The notes under the pieces are model-generated. The model did not search any database, was not told where the DNA came from, and saw only the letters and a program-made list of their open reading frames with translations. From contig NIVC01000917.1 of the NCBI GenBank assembly GCA_002269645.1, forward strand, positions 307,722 to 349,042: a stretch of DNA of 41,321 nucleotides, written 5' to 3'. Made by a program: the position numbers and the translations under genes. Positions 1-16,103 of this stretch are shown here, one piece after another (position 1 is the first letter of the stretch; each line of letters begins with the position of its first letter). Source of the stretch: Macrostomum lignano. Taxonomy: Eukaryota.

Positions 1-308
1 TTTATATAAAGCCAAATCTCGCCATTTATTCAATATATCTGATATTACTTTGTCCCCAATGTGAAATCCAAACTCGACTATTTCAGTCGCGAAACAGTGG
101 CCAAATCTACAGAACCGGCTGCTTCTATTTAAACGAAGCCGAAAATACCATCCTATTTGAAGCTTGTACGGTGAAGCCGTGCTGTGAGTGAGCTGCATTT
201 ATTCATTGATGCAATAGAAATAGCACATTGGTCCTTCAATTAGCAACTTGACTTTGGCTTCATTTGGGTGAATTCATCGATCCTATAACCCAACCGACCG
301 GCTCCCAG

Positions 309-3026
309 ACAAGGCCAGTCCAGCCGTGACGGGATCGGTGCGCGCTCGAGTTGGTAGCGCACCGCTGGCCCGACAGTTCGGTGTCGACCTGGCCGACGGC
401 CTGATCAAGTGCGAGTTTAACGGCCAGTCGTGCGGTCCATCGAATTTCCAGTCGGTACTGCAGCCAGAACTGGGCGTCTGCCAGCGACTGTTGAAGGAGC
501 CACTGCTACGTGGCCTCAGCTCAAGTGAAGTGGCCGATGTTATCTTTCAAGTGCAACTGTTCAGCGATGCTACTGATTCGTTTGGCGGAGTTTACCGCCA
601 GGCCAACAAGTTGGCCAATGTTGTGCTAGGCGGTGGTGGCAGCGAAAGTTCTGCGATAAAGGTGGCTTTCGCTTCTTGATAAGTAGAATGAAAAACACGA
701 CCATTGCTTACGCCAACCCTAAAGACAACACGAAATCGATACGCTTGACAAGTCAGGGCTGTTGTACACCCTTTGCGAATGCTTGGACTACTTGGATTGC
801 GCCCTGGTTGTTCACATCTCCCTGAATTTGATTAATATATACCATCCGCTCCCTTACACTGTTAGGTGATCGCGGTCCCGGAAGGCACATTCCCTTGGGC
901 AGCGAACGCTCTGGAGGTCATGCCTGCGCAGCACACCAAGCTGAAACTGCGATACGATAGAACTGTCAGGTACTCAAAGCCACCAGTCAGAGAGTGCCTT
1001 CGTGAAGTTATGCCAGTAACGTATATGCTTGACTCCTGGACACCTGCCAGCCTGAGCGACAAAGTACTGTGAGTACCAGTCCAAGTGGGTCTAGATTCTG
1101 GACACTGGTGCGCCCCACTTACAAATATTGGATACACTAATGCACTAACGCATCCCTCCTGCATTGTCAATTATCAACCATGCCTGATTTTACATCAGGC
1201 ACTTTTTTAAATCAATACGTACCCGAACTCCATCAGCGACCGGATGGACTCGCTGTTTACCGGACCAATTGAGGCCTCGAATTGGACTATCAAGACAGAT
1301 ATTATAAGGGACCTATTTCAGAGCTACAGCAAATTCAGGTAAATCTGTTTGAATCGCTTGTGCAATTACATGATAAAGATGTTTTAACAAGAACAAAAAA
1401 CTGCAGGGGACCAATGCGAAGGAAGATGAAATTCAAAGCAAGCACTCTGCAGGACTGCTTCAACGAGTTTGTGCTACATAGATTCGCCGAAAACTGCAGC
1501 TGCCTGCCAACATTTCTGCCCATCCCCGAGCAGCTGTACGCCAAATACCCGATTTGCTTTAACACTACTGACATCGAGAACTTGTACGCCACTGACCAGT
1601 GCTATATTCGCCAGCTAAATCTGCTGAAAAGCTACCGTAGCGAGGCCCGAAGCCGCTGCAAGCTGCCTTGCGAGACCCTCGAGTTCAAAGTCAGCCAAGT
1701 GGCCAACACGTGGCCGAACATTCGTCGCGACACTCTGTTAAAATTCCTGAGCGGCCTGGCCAGCAGGTTCGGCTACCCCAACTCCGTCAGCCGATTCCGC
1801 GGCCCAGTGAGCCTGTACTCCGCCTACCTAAGCGCTCTGGCCCTGACTCGAAACTTTCGCGGAACAGCCAAGCTGACAGCTAATCTGACCAGATTCGACT
1901 ACGAGATGAGCGTCCTGCAGGACCGCCTGGCCATGGTGTCGGTGTCCGCGTCCGAGCCCCTAGGCGAAGAGAAAATCGAAGAGGAGGCCTACCCGGTCAA
2001 GAACTTGCTGGCCGATATGGGAGGTTTGTGAATTGGGAGCAAGCACAGTTTACCTATGACGGACACTGTACTGAAAGAAAATGACTGCTTATAAAACCAT
2101 GCGCACAGCAGCGCGTCACCACCGGACGGAGACAGGGAGGGCATGTCCCCCAGTAAAAGCTATGGGGGGACATGCCAATACTTTCCCCCCCCACCCCACC
2201 TTTTGACTCGTGGTAATCAATAATTTTTCTTCAGGGCGCCAAAATATAGCGCCTACGGCGCTAAAATGTGCCTGCGGCGCCAAAATGGTGCCTATGGCAT
2301 TAAAATGAGTGCCTGCAACGCCAAAATGAGTACCTGCGGCGCCAAAATTATGGCTGACAACACGATTCTCGAAATAATGGAAATGCAGGAATTTAGTCAT
2401 GTACATGTACATGTTGAATTCTTGGCTTTGTCCCCCCACCATAAAATCAATGGCGACGCCCCTGCGCACAAGTGATAATCTCGACAGTTACCAAGGCCAT
2501 CCGCTGACGTCACTGCTAGTGCCAGGGGTTCATTGAAGCTCCTAAATCTAAACCTAAATTTAAATCTAAAGTTGGTCCGTTTCACAGCTAGCAAGGTCCG
2601 TTTCGCAAACCCAGAGAACGCATGCGCACAAACATACCCAGACAGGCACGCACACTAATTCTGTGTGTGTGTAGGTCCAAATTCGGTGCCCGCAAACCCC
2701 ACATTAATGAGGGCAACACCGCAGAATCGAACTGGAGCGAGGATCGATCTGGCCATCTCGGGCACCACATGCCCATATCGACTTGGTCGATTTGATCAAT
2801 TTTCAACCGAACGCCCCATTTGTCAGGCATCCTGGGCCTGTGGTGCGGCATCTCTCTGCTGACTGTGTGCGAGCTGCTCGAACTGTGGGTTCACGTCGCC
2901 CTGCGGATGCACCAGCTGTGCTCGGCCGCTGTTCACACTGGCGATGATTTCAGAGCCAGTGGCGAGCGTCGCGACGATAGCGCGGGGAACAAGCGCGGCA
3001 AGTCGACGACTAGCGAACCAATGTAG
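309..3026 (+). CDS. DEG/ENaC (amiloride-sensitive sodium channel family) subunit, 5'-partial. Exons about 309-661, 866-1068, 1237-1338, 1407-2023, 2827-3026
   Basis: Family motifs in order: IKCEFNGQSCGPSNF..PELGVC; VIAVPEGTFP..EVMPAQHTKL; Cys-rich CFNEF..ENCSCLP..PIC..QC..CKLPC..TWP; pre-TM2/TM2 LLADMG|GILGLWCGISLLTVCELLELW. The GT-AG junctions at 661/866, 1068/1237, 1338/1407 and 2023/2827 all keep frame. The start at 309 and upstream exons are uncertain. Confidence 0.85.
2109..2464. mobile_element. MITE-like non-autonomous DNA element in the last ENaC intron
   Basis: Imperfect terminal inverted repeats CAGCGCGTCACCA / TGGCGACGCCCCTG; internal degenerate repeats of about 21 bp containing CGCCAAAAT; CGCACA on both flanks may be an eroded TSD. 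Confidence 0.55.
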
Positions 3027-4021
3027 TGCTGTAAACTTTGTGGATTTACTTCTGCAAATTGCAGTTTGATTGCCGCTACTCACTACTGTTCAATGAGAGT
3101 AGATTGACGCCGCTTGATTAAAATGATTCATATTTTACTAATTTTGGTCTCAACATTATGTAATTTTAAATGCAAGCAGATCTAAAGAATCACCTAAGAA
3201 ACTTCGTAAGAATTTCCCTGCATAACTGAAGCATAACATCGTCAATGACATTTTTACCTAAGCACGACTTCAGAAAACTAATTCGCCTTTATACCTTTTT
3301 TGCTTAGTATTTTGTAGACTCGATGACTAATGATTCTTTGCGATCAAATTTTCTGTCTTCAAACGTTCTGTCTGCACTAGCAAGATTCCCAAATAGATTA
3401 CGTCATTGCAATATGACGTCATGTGTTTATCAAAAAATCTCACTTTTAATTCCAGTTTGAATGATTCATTGAACCGAATATTATTTGTTGCAGTGTTCCG
3501 ATTAAGTGAGAAAAAGCTTAGTACAAGAGGAAATCATTTGAAAGCATGCACAGAGCCGTTTGGTTTGAAAAATTGTTCCAATTTCCGAGGTGAATCTGGT
3601 CGACTAGAACGCATGGGAACCAGACTAGGAACTTCTGCGGTGTCAACATGGAGAATTTATCAATACCATAACGCTCAAAATCTCAAGTTGACCTTCCACT
3701 CTCCTAGACTTCATGGCAGCATCGCACAGTGGCGCCCAAGATCACTTGCTCGCCCACAGAACTCGCTGCACAGTGGACTGGCTGGAGTTGCCGCTAGACA
3801 GAGCCCGACTCACAGCCGTGTCGCACTTCATCAGCTTCTGCCGGTGCACGAAGGACGATGCCGTTGAACGCCAGGCGGTCGCAGAGTCCGCGACGCTTCG
3901 ACGATGCTGCATCGCCGATGCTTCATCGCCTGGAGCGACAACCGTCAGCAGAGACTGCGGAGCGCCGGGTCTCAGATAGAGAGTCGATGATCGAACCTTG
4001 AGAAAAAATGGATCGATTAAT

Positions 4022-5192
4022 TCATCTGGAGTTACGACGTATTGGTCTGTTTCTACAGTAGACCATCCGAGTGACTGGTATCAACATTATCAGCAGAAGA
4101 ATGCAGGCTGCGAGGAATTCCAGCAGGATCTTACTAAATCTACTGGACCAAAAAAACGAACCACACAAGTGCTACAAGTGGAACCTACGCTCGTAATGCT
4201 TAAAAAACCCACAAAAAGCAATAGTCTGAAGCGCAGGATTTTATAGTTGATAGCCCCCAATCTAAAAGCCGATCTCCAGCTGATAAATGCAACATCAGAG
4301 TCTGACATTAAGTCGAAAGGGGATGTGTACTTAAGTCAAAATGGAGCCTGAAGCATTGGGTCCCGATTTCTCTAGGCCAATCCCTTTATTTGGAGCCAAA
4401 TAGCTCCCGTTATGCCGAAAACCCGACCACTTTAGCATTTGGGGATCTCTACGGGGTGAAATGGGATAAATGGGGATTTCATCATGTGTCCGCTACGAGT
4501 CATCGCGATCCGGCCGCTCTCATCCGCTCCATTTGAAGGTTTGTCTCCCGACAATCGACGGCACCGACCTTGCCGCATTCCCGTAGTCTTAAGAGCCTTA
4601 AGTTCACATGGAATCCCCATTTACCCCATTTCTCCCCACAGAGACCCCCAAATGCTAAAGTGGTCGAGTTTTCGGCATAACGGGAGCTACTTGGCTCCAA
4701 ATGAAGGGATTGGTGTAGAGAAATTGAGACCCAATGCTTCAGGCTCCATTTTGACTCTTACGTACACATCGCCTTTATACATCCCGACTTTTCCCCTGCT
4801 CTAAAAGAAGTGAAGACATGTTCGTGCACCTCTTCACCACCGTCGGGTTCCGTTGTAGCAGCTTCGAAGGCGGCCGCTGCGCTGCGTCGTGGTCCGCCAG
4901 CCAGACGGAGTCGAGCGTAGAAGCTGGCGACGCCTCCTCCAATGCTGCTGCTGCCGCCGCTGGCCTGACTGTTCGACCAACGCGACTGCGGCAGCGGAGC
5001 CGGCCGAGGCAGAAGTCGGCTGGCCTTGAGCTCCACCCGGTTGGCTGTGTACAAGGCTCGGCTACTGCCGCCGCCGCCGCTGCCACCGCCTGTGTCGGCG
5101 ACCTCCGGCATCTCTGTTAGAGGTTGCATTTTCCCGTGCCGACTCCCGTTGGATGGAGCTCGTCCTGTGGAACACCTGAAGCGATTCGACAT
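4022..5192 (-). CDS. Hypothetical protein of about 183 aa: Gly/Ser/Ala-rich N-terminus plus one C-terminal hydrophobic helix. Exons 5192-4762 and 4142-4022; possible 5'-UTR exon ending at 5461
   Basis: GC-rich ORF 5192-4758; donor ac|GTAAGA at 4761; acceptor TTCGTTTTTTTGGTCCAG at 4143; phase-2 join gives RFSKILLEFLAACILLLIMLIPVTRMVYCRNRPIRRNSR*. No recognised homology. Confidence 0.35.
4316..4776. mobile_element. Foldback MITE with terminal inverted repeats of about 165 bp
   Basis: 4316-4480 (AAAGGGGATGTGTACTTAAGTCAAAATGGAGCCTGAAGCATTGGGTC...) is a close reverse complement of 4612-4776; spacer about 130 bp; no coding capacity. Confidence 0.85.
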
Positions 5193-6498
5193 CCGGCTAT
5201 TAGACCAACGCTGATACGCTCGCTACTGCAGGCTCTTTGGACCACATTTCCCCCAGCAACTATCTCATCAGTCGAGCTACTTAAGTTCGGTTTAAAATTT
5301 GTCGTGATTTACATTTCACCTAGAAACAAAAATCACTTGTTTCAGAGAATGTCTTATAGTCTGTACAAGACGGCTTAAGCATTCGAAAGAACGCTCATAG
5401 CTTCCAATAATTGTAAAAGGAGCAAATTTTGTAGTCTGACCCAATTTGGCTGTTTCCTACCTCACTGACTGGTGACGCTGCTGCTTTTGCCTCCGTCTGC
5501 TGGAAGCAGTCAGAGGGGCTTCGCCGTCTTCCATCCGTTTGTCGCCTCCTGCCAGCTGTGCCGCAGAGAACTGCCCTGCTCTCAGAGTCTGCGCGCGTCT
5601 GCTCTGGGGATCTTCTCTGCTCCTCCTCTCATCCTCTTCGTCTCCTCCCCCCCGTTCCCATCAGCGACAGCTCTGCAGCTGCTCCTAAACCCTCGTCTCT
5701 TTTTCCTCGCCAACCCGAACCATAGGCGCTATCATCCTATTGAATGCGGGCCACCCCCCCCCCTCAGTCCCTTTCGACTCCCTCCCTCCTCTTCCCGGTC
5801 TTTTCTCCAAAAAAGAAGCAAACATCAGAAGCAATACACTTCTCACGGGGCTGGCTCAATATTGAGCTGCTGCCGAGGGGGGAGGAGGCGAGCCCAGCGA
5901 CGCCGCATCCTCCAGCTTCCTATAAGGTGTGACTGATTTGAGCAGTCTCTCTCTCTACAATAGGCTCCTTTTTGGTTGCTAAGGCCCAGGGTTTTCTATT
6001 CAAACAGCTAGCAATCCGGGATGAATAATGAATATAACAGCTTGCTGAATAAATAAACACAGTTTTCTCTGGGAAGCTTCTCGATCCTGTGTTATTTTTC
6101 CACCATAAATAAATTAGGAGTATCGAATGCTTCGCGAAAGCTCTGTGCCATTGAGAGCAGGAAATCGATAAAGCATTTTACAATCCATTAAACAATTTAA
6201 CAATTTGTTTGTAAACTTTTCTTGCAAAACACTTTACTCTCTACTTGACTTTCAGTTTGGGAACAGTAGTGCGTCTAGAATGTCACGTTTTATGGAACGT
6301 CAAAAATAGTCAATAATAAAATATTATATTTAAATAAACAGAGCAGTTTCATCTCATCTAAACTGGGCATGCACGCGAAACAGTAACAGAAGGGTCAGGC
6401 AGTCTCTATATAGCTACAAGGCGTGGATACAGGCGAAAAGTTTCTGTCCAAGTCAAAATGATAACACAGTATTCGGCCTCAAACAGGCCAGGGGCTCG

Positions 6499-11623
<5,125 letters not shown>

Positions 11624-11796
11624 GTTCAGCGTCGGTAACCCCTGGGATTGCCAAATATTGCTTCAAAGCAGGGCCAACTGCTTTAACTACGCAGCGCCAT
11701 CTAGCTAATGTTAATAAACCTGTGCTTGCAGCTTTATTTGCTTCCAATTGACAACTCTTCCGACACAAGCAAAGGTTTGCGCGTCTAACGTCTTGC

Positions 11797-11822
11797 CTCT
11801 CTCTCTTTCTCTCTCTCTCTCT
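11797..11822. repeat. (CT)n tract upstream of CFAP92
   Basis: Seen directly; complementary to the (AG)n tract at 12129-12156. Confidence 0.9.
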
Positions 11823-12125
11823 GTTGTCAAGGGGCAAGTCAAGAGTATGGCAAATGCTATTCAGTTAGAAAGGGCTGGTAAGATGGAGAGCTGCAGAGAC
11901 CTCATTGGGTGGCTAGTTGCTGAGGCCTGTTCATTTTTCTGTGCATACGCAAGTCCGCTTTCTGCTAGATAGCAACCCCAGCCTCTACACCCCCACAACT
12001 CTCCTGCGCCCCTGCTCCTCGGATTCGCACTTGTCAGTTGGTTGCGCATTTTCTGCAAAGGAGCTGCGCTCTGCTCTGTGCTCTATCAGCTCTACCAGCC
12101 TGGCGAGAGGGAAAGAAGAGAAAAC

Positions 12126-12128
<3 letters not shown>

Positions 12129-12156
<28 letters not shown>
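12129..12156. repeat. (AG)14 tract
   Basis: Seen directly. Confidence 0.9.
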
Positions 12157-12160
<4 letters not shown>

Positions 12161-12167
12161 CGCCCAG

Positions 12168-12182
12168 GTTGCTCCTGGCAAC
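12168..12182. promoter_or_regulatory. RFX X-box GTTGCT-CCT-GGCAAC about 550 bp upstream of the CFAP92 ATG
   Basis: Matches the two-half-site X-box pattern GTNRCY-N0-3-RGYAAC; RFX factors are established regulators of ciliary genes. Confidence 0.6.
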
Positions 12183-12656
12183 CAGAGCTTCTCAAATCGT
12201 ACTGTGCGTATTTGCTGTGGCAATCATAGCGTTCATATCAATCAAAGTCTGTAGATAATAATATGCGAGTCTGCAGTCATAAATTTCAGTTGTACTACTG
12301 TCTGCTGCCTGCGACAGACTGAAAGCAGAAAGTGTTGCAGAGAATTCTTTCTCGCTCAATTGCTATGCAAGAGACGTACCTGTAGCAATGCATGAAATGG
12401 GCCCACGACAAGCTTTGCAGAAGAATCCACTCACTTAAAGAACCTTTTTATAATGCCGAGAATTCATGAGTGTCCAACGGACCCGCATAAAAGAATTGCT
12501 AATTATGCACATGATGATGGGGAGCAGCTGCTGCTTTTTCTTTTCTTTCCAAAGCCAAGGAGATTTCGAAAAGAGAATCTGGAATGCCAATTAATTTTTC
12601 CTTAAAACCCTTTCTTCGTCAAAAAAAGTCGACTACAGGAGCGGAGCAGAAAGTCA

Positions 12657-12695
12657 AGAGTCCGCTGTACACCCTAGGTGAGCGTGTGTACGTGC
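12657..12695 (+). mobile_element. SINE fragment (central module)
   Basis: CCGCTGTACACCCTAGGTGAGCGTGTG is shared with the copies at about 15903 and 32887. Confidence 0.55.
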
Positions 12696-12916
12696 TACAA
12701 GCGTTTTGTTTCATAAAGCGTCTATGTCTACAACCCCAATCACTGGTAATTGCTGACAAGTTGAATAGTCGCCTTCTTTTACTCGCACTTGTAAACTAAA
12801 AGCACACAGTTTTCAAAGAACGCTTTCTTCTAACCTCACTCAGCAACCTCTAACCGCACTGCATATTTTTCACTATAGATTATTATTGTGCTTAATTGTG
12901 CTCGGGCTACTTCGAT

Positions 12917-13057
12917 TTATGCTGTTCGAAACGTCAGACGATGAGAGCGACGACCGAGAGCCTCGGTTAGCACCGAGGTGAACGCGCCAAATAAAGTTCC
13001 CTTGACGTCGCGTATCTTCTCTAACAGAAGCGTCTTCTCACTTGCAGAGAGAGGCAT
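12917..13057 (-). pseudogene. 46-aa truncated Myb/SANT-like DNA-binding fragment, probably a PIF/Harbinger accessory-gene remnant
   Basis: MPLSASEKTLLLEKIRDVKGTLFGAFTSVLTEALGRRSHRLTFRTA* resembles the first half of Myb_DNA-bind_5/NAIF1-type domains (s.eE..lLl..v...k.vLfG.f..) but lacks the downstream conserved Trp helices. Below the ORF-track cutoff. Confidence 0.4.
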
Positions 13058-13246
13058 CGTAAGCGAAAGCGAATAGACGAATGTAAGAAGCTAGATGGAT
13101 GAAAGATGGATGGAAGAAGCGTGGATGAAATGAGTTTTGTTTTTAATTAGCTTCGAGTCGTTTTCTCTACCACCCCAAAGAGGTAGTTCTTTTACCATAG
13201 ACGATGAAGTGAATAGTTACAAGCTTGTCAAACTTGTACGATTCTT

Positions 13247-13375
13247 GGCTTGTAGCTACGAGCTACAAGAAAAAGTGTTTCACAACACTGCTTGTAGCTC
13301 GTAGCTTGTAGCTATTAAACTTGTAGCTCGTAGCTTGTAGCTATTAAACTTGTAGCTTGTAGCTTGTAACTTGTA
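13247..13375. repeat. CTTGTAG 7-mer array containing a 29-bp duplication and an inverted partner (CTACGAGCTACAAG / CTTGTAGCTCGTAG)
   Basis: Seen directly. Confidence 0.8.
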
Positions 13376-13384
13376 AATTCCCGT

Positions 13385-13470
13385 CAACGGAACGGGCAGA
13401 ATTGCCGTCAGCGCTGGTATATTGTGGGACCGATGTCGCCGAAGGCGTTGCGCGAGGGTGTCCGAGCTCA
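13385..13470 (+). mobile_element. SINE fragment (3' module)
   Basis: GGGCAGAATTGCCGTCAGCGCTGG..GATGTCGCCGAAGGCGTTG is near-identical to about 15995-16060. Confidence 0.7.
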
Positions 13471-13814
13471 GAAGACAAGATGCGCCTTGAAGTGCAATCA
13501 ACACATGAGAAAAATGACGCACAGTTTTGCACTATAGTCCACATTCTTTTTAATGGTCTCCTTGCCAACTTGAATGGAAATTGACGGATTCACGTCAGCA
13601 GCTGTCAGTAGAATAATACGTCTCGTCAAATACAAAATGCAATCCACCAGATAACTTTGATGGACAGGTGAAAGAGGCACAGCAGTGTAATGGACAATGA
13701 ACAGTTTAAAAAATTGCCATTTAAGTAGACTAGCTGTATGGCCAGGCTATAAAATCCGCCAAATTCAATTGGGATAATTTTCAGAGTCTGCAAAAAAGTT
13801 TTTGAGACTTCCAC

Positions 13815-13960
13815 GGGGCGGTAAGCGGGGACTGTTTCATAAGTCAGACACTCATTTGGGGCTTGTGCTCTGCGTGGGGTTTGACGTGCGATTCAAACCT
13901 AGGAGGGCCAACCCCCAAGGCACAGAGAGTGTACATGCCTGATGATTAAAGTCCAGGGCC
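13815..13960 (+). mobile_element. Degenerate SINE fragment (5'/central module)
   Basis: GCCAACCCCCAAGGCACAGAGAGTGTACATGCCT matches 32830-32865 of the long copy; ATTTGGGGGCT motif also shared. Confidence 0.6.
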
Positions 13961-14359
13961 TCCTATTTCAAGGTCAGTGTAGCGAGAGTTAAGGGACAGT
14001 GTAAGAATTCTACAAATTATCAAACAAACAAAATGATTTGCATCATTTATATATTAGCTCTAAAATCTGCCAAATAAATACAACTACTCGTAAGTAACGA
14101 AGACGGCTTTGTATTTTCGTTTTCGAGTAAATGATTGAAATCAATAGATGGCCGTTCAACAAGATCAAAACCTTCAGAACAAAAAGACGACAATTATATC
14201 CAACGACATGCACGCAATTATTTAAACAAGTCGTGCGCGTTTAGAAAGACTTCGGAATTTGATATTATCGTGTCATTGTACCAAACTCGCTAGCCCAAAT
14301 TATTGATTTTTATTTTTGACACAAAATCAGCTAGAACACAGCCGTACCTGTGTATATTA

Positions 14360-15309
14360 CTGTGCTATCCCTCCTGTGACTTCAGGGAATTGCTGTGCTA
14401 TCCCTCCTGTGACTTCAGGGAATTGCTGTGCTATCCCTCCTGTGACTTCAGGGAATTGCTGTGCTATCCCTCCTGTGACTTCAGGGAATTGCTGTGCTAT
14501 CCCTCCTGTGACTTCAGGGAATTGCTGTGCTATCCCTCCTGTGACTTCAGGGAATTGCTGTGCTATCCCTCCCGTGACTACAGGGAATTGCTGTGCTATC
14601 CCTCCTGTGACTTCAGGGAATTGCTGTGCTATCCCTCCTGTGACTTCAGGGAATTGCTGTGCTATCCCTCCTGTGACTTCAGGGAATTGATGTGCTATCC
14701 CTCCCGTGTCTTCAGGGAATTGCTGTGCTATCCCTCCTGTGACTTCAGGGAATTGCTGTGCTATCCCTCCTGTGACTTCAGGGAATTGCTGTGCTATCCC
14801 TCCTGTGACTTCAGGGAATTGCTGTGCTATCCCTCCTGTGACTTCAGGGAATTGCTGTGCTATCCCTCCCGTGTCTTCAGGGAATTGCTGTGCTATCCCT
14901 CCCGTGACTTCAGGGAATTGCTGTGCTATCCCTCCTGTGACTTCAGGGAATTGCTGTGCTATCCCTCCTGTGACTTCAGGGAATTGCTGTGCTATCCCTC
15001 CTGTGACTTCAGGGAATTGCTGTGCTATCCCTCCTGTGACTTCAGGGAATTGCTGTGCTATCCCTCCTGTGACTTCAGGGAATTGCTGTGCTATCCCTCC
15101 CGTGACTACAGGGAATTGCTGTGCTATCCCTCCTGTGACTTCAGGGAATTGCTGTGCTATCCCTCCTGTGACTTCAGGGAATTGCTGTGCTATCCCTCCT
15201 GTGACTTCAGGGAATTGATGTGCTATCCCTCCCGTGTCTTCAGGGAATTGCTGTGCTATCCCTCCCGTGTCTTCAGGGAATCGCTCTGCTATCCCTCGTG
15301 TCTTCAGGA
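14360..15309. repeat. 33-bp minisatellite GCTGTGCTATCCCTCCTGTGACTTCAGGGAATT, about 29 copies, intergenic
   Basis: Seen directly; variant positions recur at 528-bp spacing. Confidence 0.97.
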
Positions 15310-15790
15310 AAACACAGCTATCTGCCTCCCCTAAGGAATGAAAACTTTGTCTATTAAAAATGAATAACCAACTACTCGAACACAAACGACTTTAGTCATA
15401 AACAAGATGATGGACATAAGCAAATCAGGGACATGATGAAATCAAATTACATGCGATAATTGTAAATATTAGGAACCTTAGTTAGAGGATCATAAAATAC
15501 CTTTATAGTTTCCAGTCGATATTTTAAGCATCGAGGGTAAAAGCTAAACAAGAATATATATTTGAATTTATGTGCGCATATTATTATCTATAGTAGTATC
15601 TAGCCCGCTAACACTGGCAGAATACCTTACTGCACCAATACAATGAGAATATGATCTGTATAAGCATTTGTTTTAATACAGTAATAAGACATTCACTCAG
15701 CAGCGCACAGAGTTGTAAAAGTGACATTTTCTAAGTGACTGGGAGCTCTTGTAAGCACAAGGTCAACCGGTGCGTGGGGGGGGGGGGGAA

Positions 15791-16075
15791 GGGGCAGAGC
15801 AGCCCAGCGGTAAACGCGACTGACACTCACGCAACGACCCCTGGTTCGTTTCCGTGCGCAAACACATTAATTTGGGGCTCGTGCAAAAAAATTAGCCGGG
15901 AGCCGCTGTACACCCTGTGTGAGCGTGTGTGTGAGTGCGTGTACTGTACGCGTGCCTGCGTACAGTATTGCATGCACTCAGGAGTCAGCGGAGTGGGCAG
16001 AATTGCCGTCAGCGCTGGCTGCGTTGTGGGGTGATGTCGCCGAAGGCGTTGAGCCAGTGCATTTTTCTGGGAGTG
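15791..16075 (+). mobile_element. tRNA-derived SINE, copy A (internally deleted relative to copy B)
   Basis: A-box-like AGCCCAGCGGTA at 15801 and B-box-like GGTTCGTTTCC at 15843, followed by CACATTAATTTGGGGCT, GCCGCTGTACAC and the 3' module shared with 32692-33052. Confidence 0.75.
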
Positions 16076-16103
16076 TCTCAGATCCAGGAACTGGGGATTT
16101 GTA

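Noticed and set aside
87-186. Possible upstream ENaC exon (SRNSGQIYRTGCFYLNEAENTILFEAC)
   Set aside because: Frame and donor are ambiguous and there is no family motif, so it was left out of the model.
3713-3979. 88-aa plus-strand ORF in a GC-rich patch
   Set aside because: No recognisable motif; it could equally be a last exon or UTR of the minus-strand hypothetical gene.
12511-12600. C/D-box snoRNA candidates (ATGATGA here and near 15432)
   Set aside because: No suitably spaced CTGA D box or terminal stem.
13939-13960. CTGATGA as a hammerhead core in the SINE fragment
   Set aside because: No GAAA box follows, and copy B has CTAACGA at the same place.
14303-15385. 340-aa ORFs of (ELLCYPSCDFR)n, (GNCCAIPPVTS)n and (FPEVTGGIAQQ)n
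   Set aside because: By-products of a stop-free 33-bp tandem unit; open on both strands, mostly non-ATG starts, and variants show no synonymous bias.
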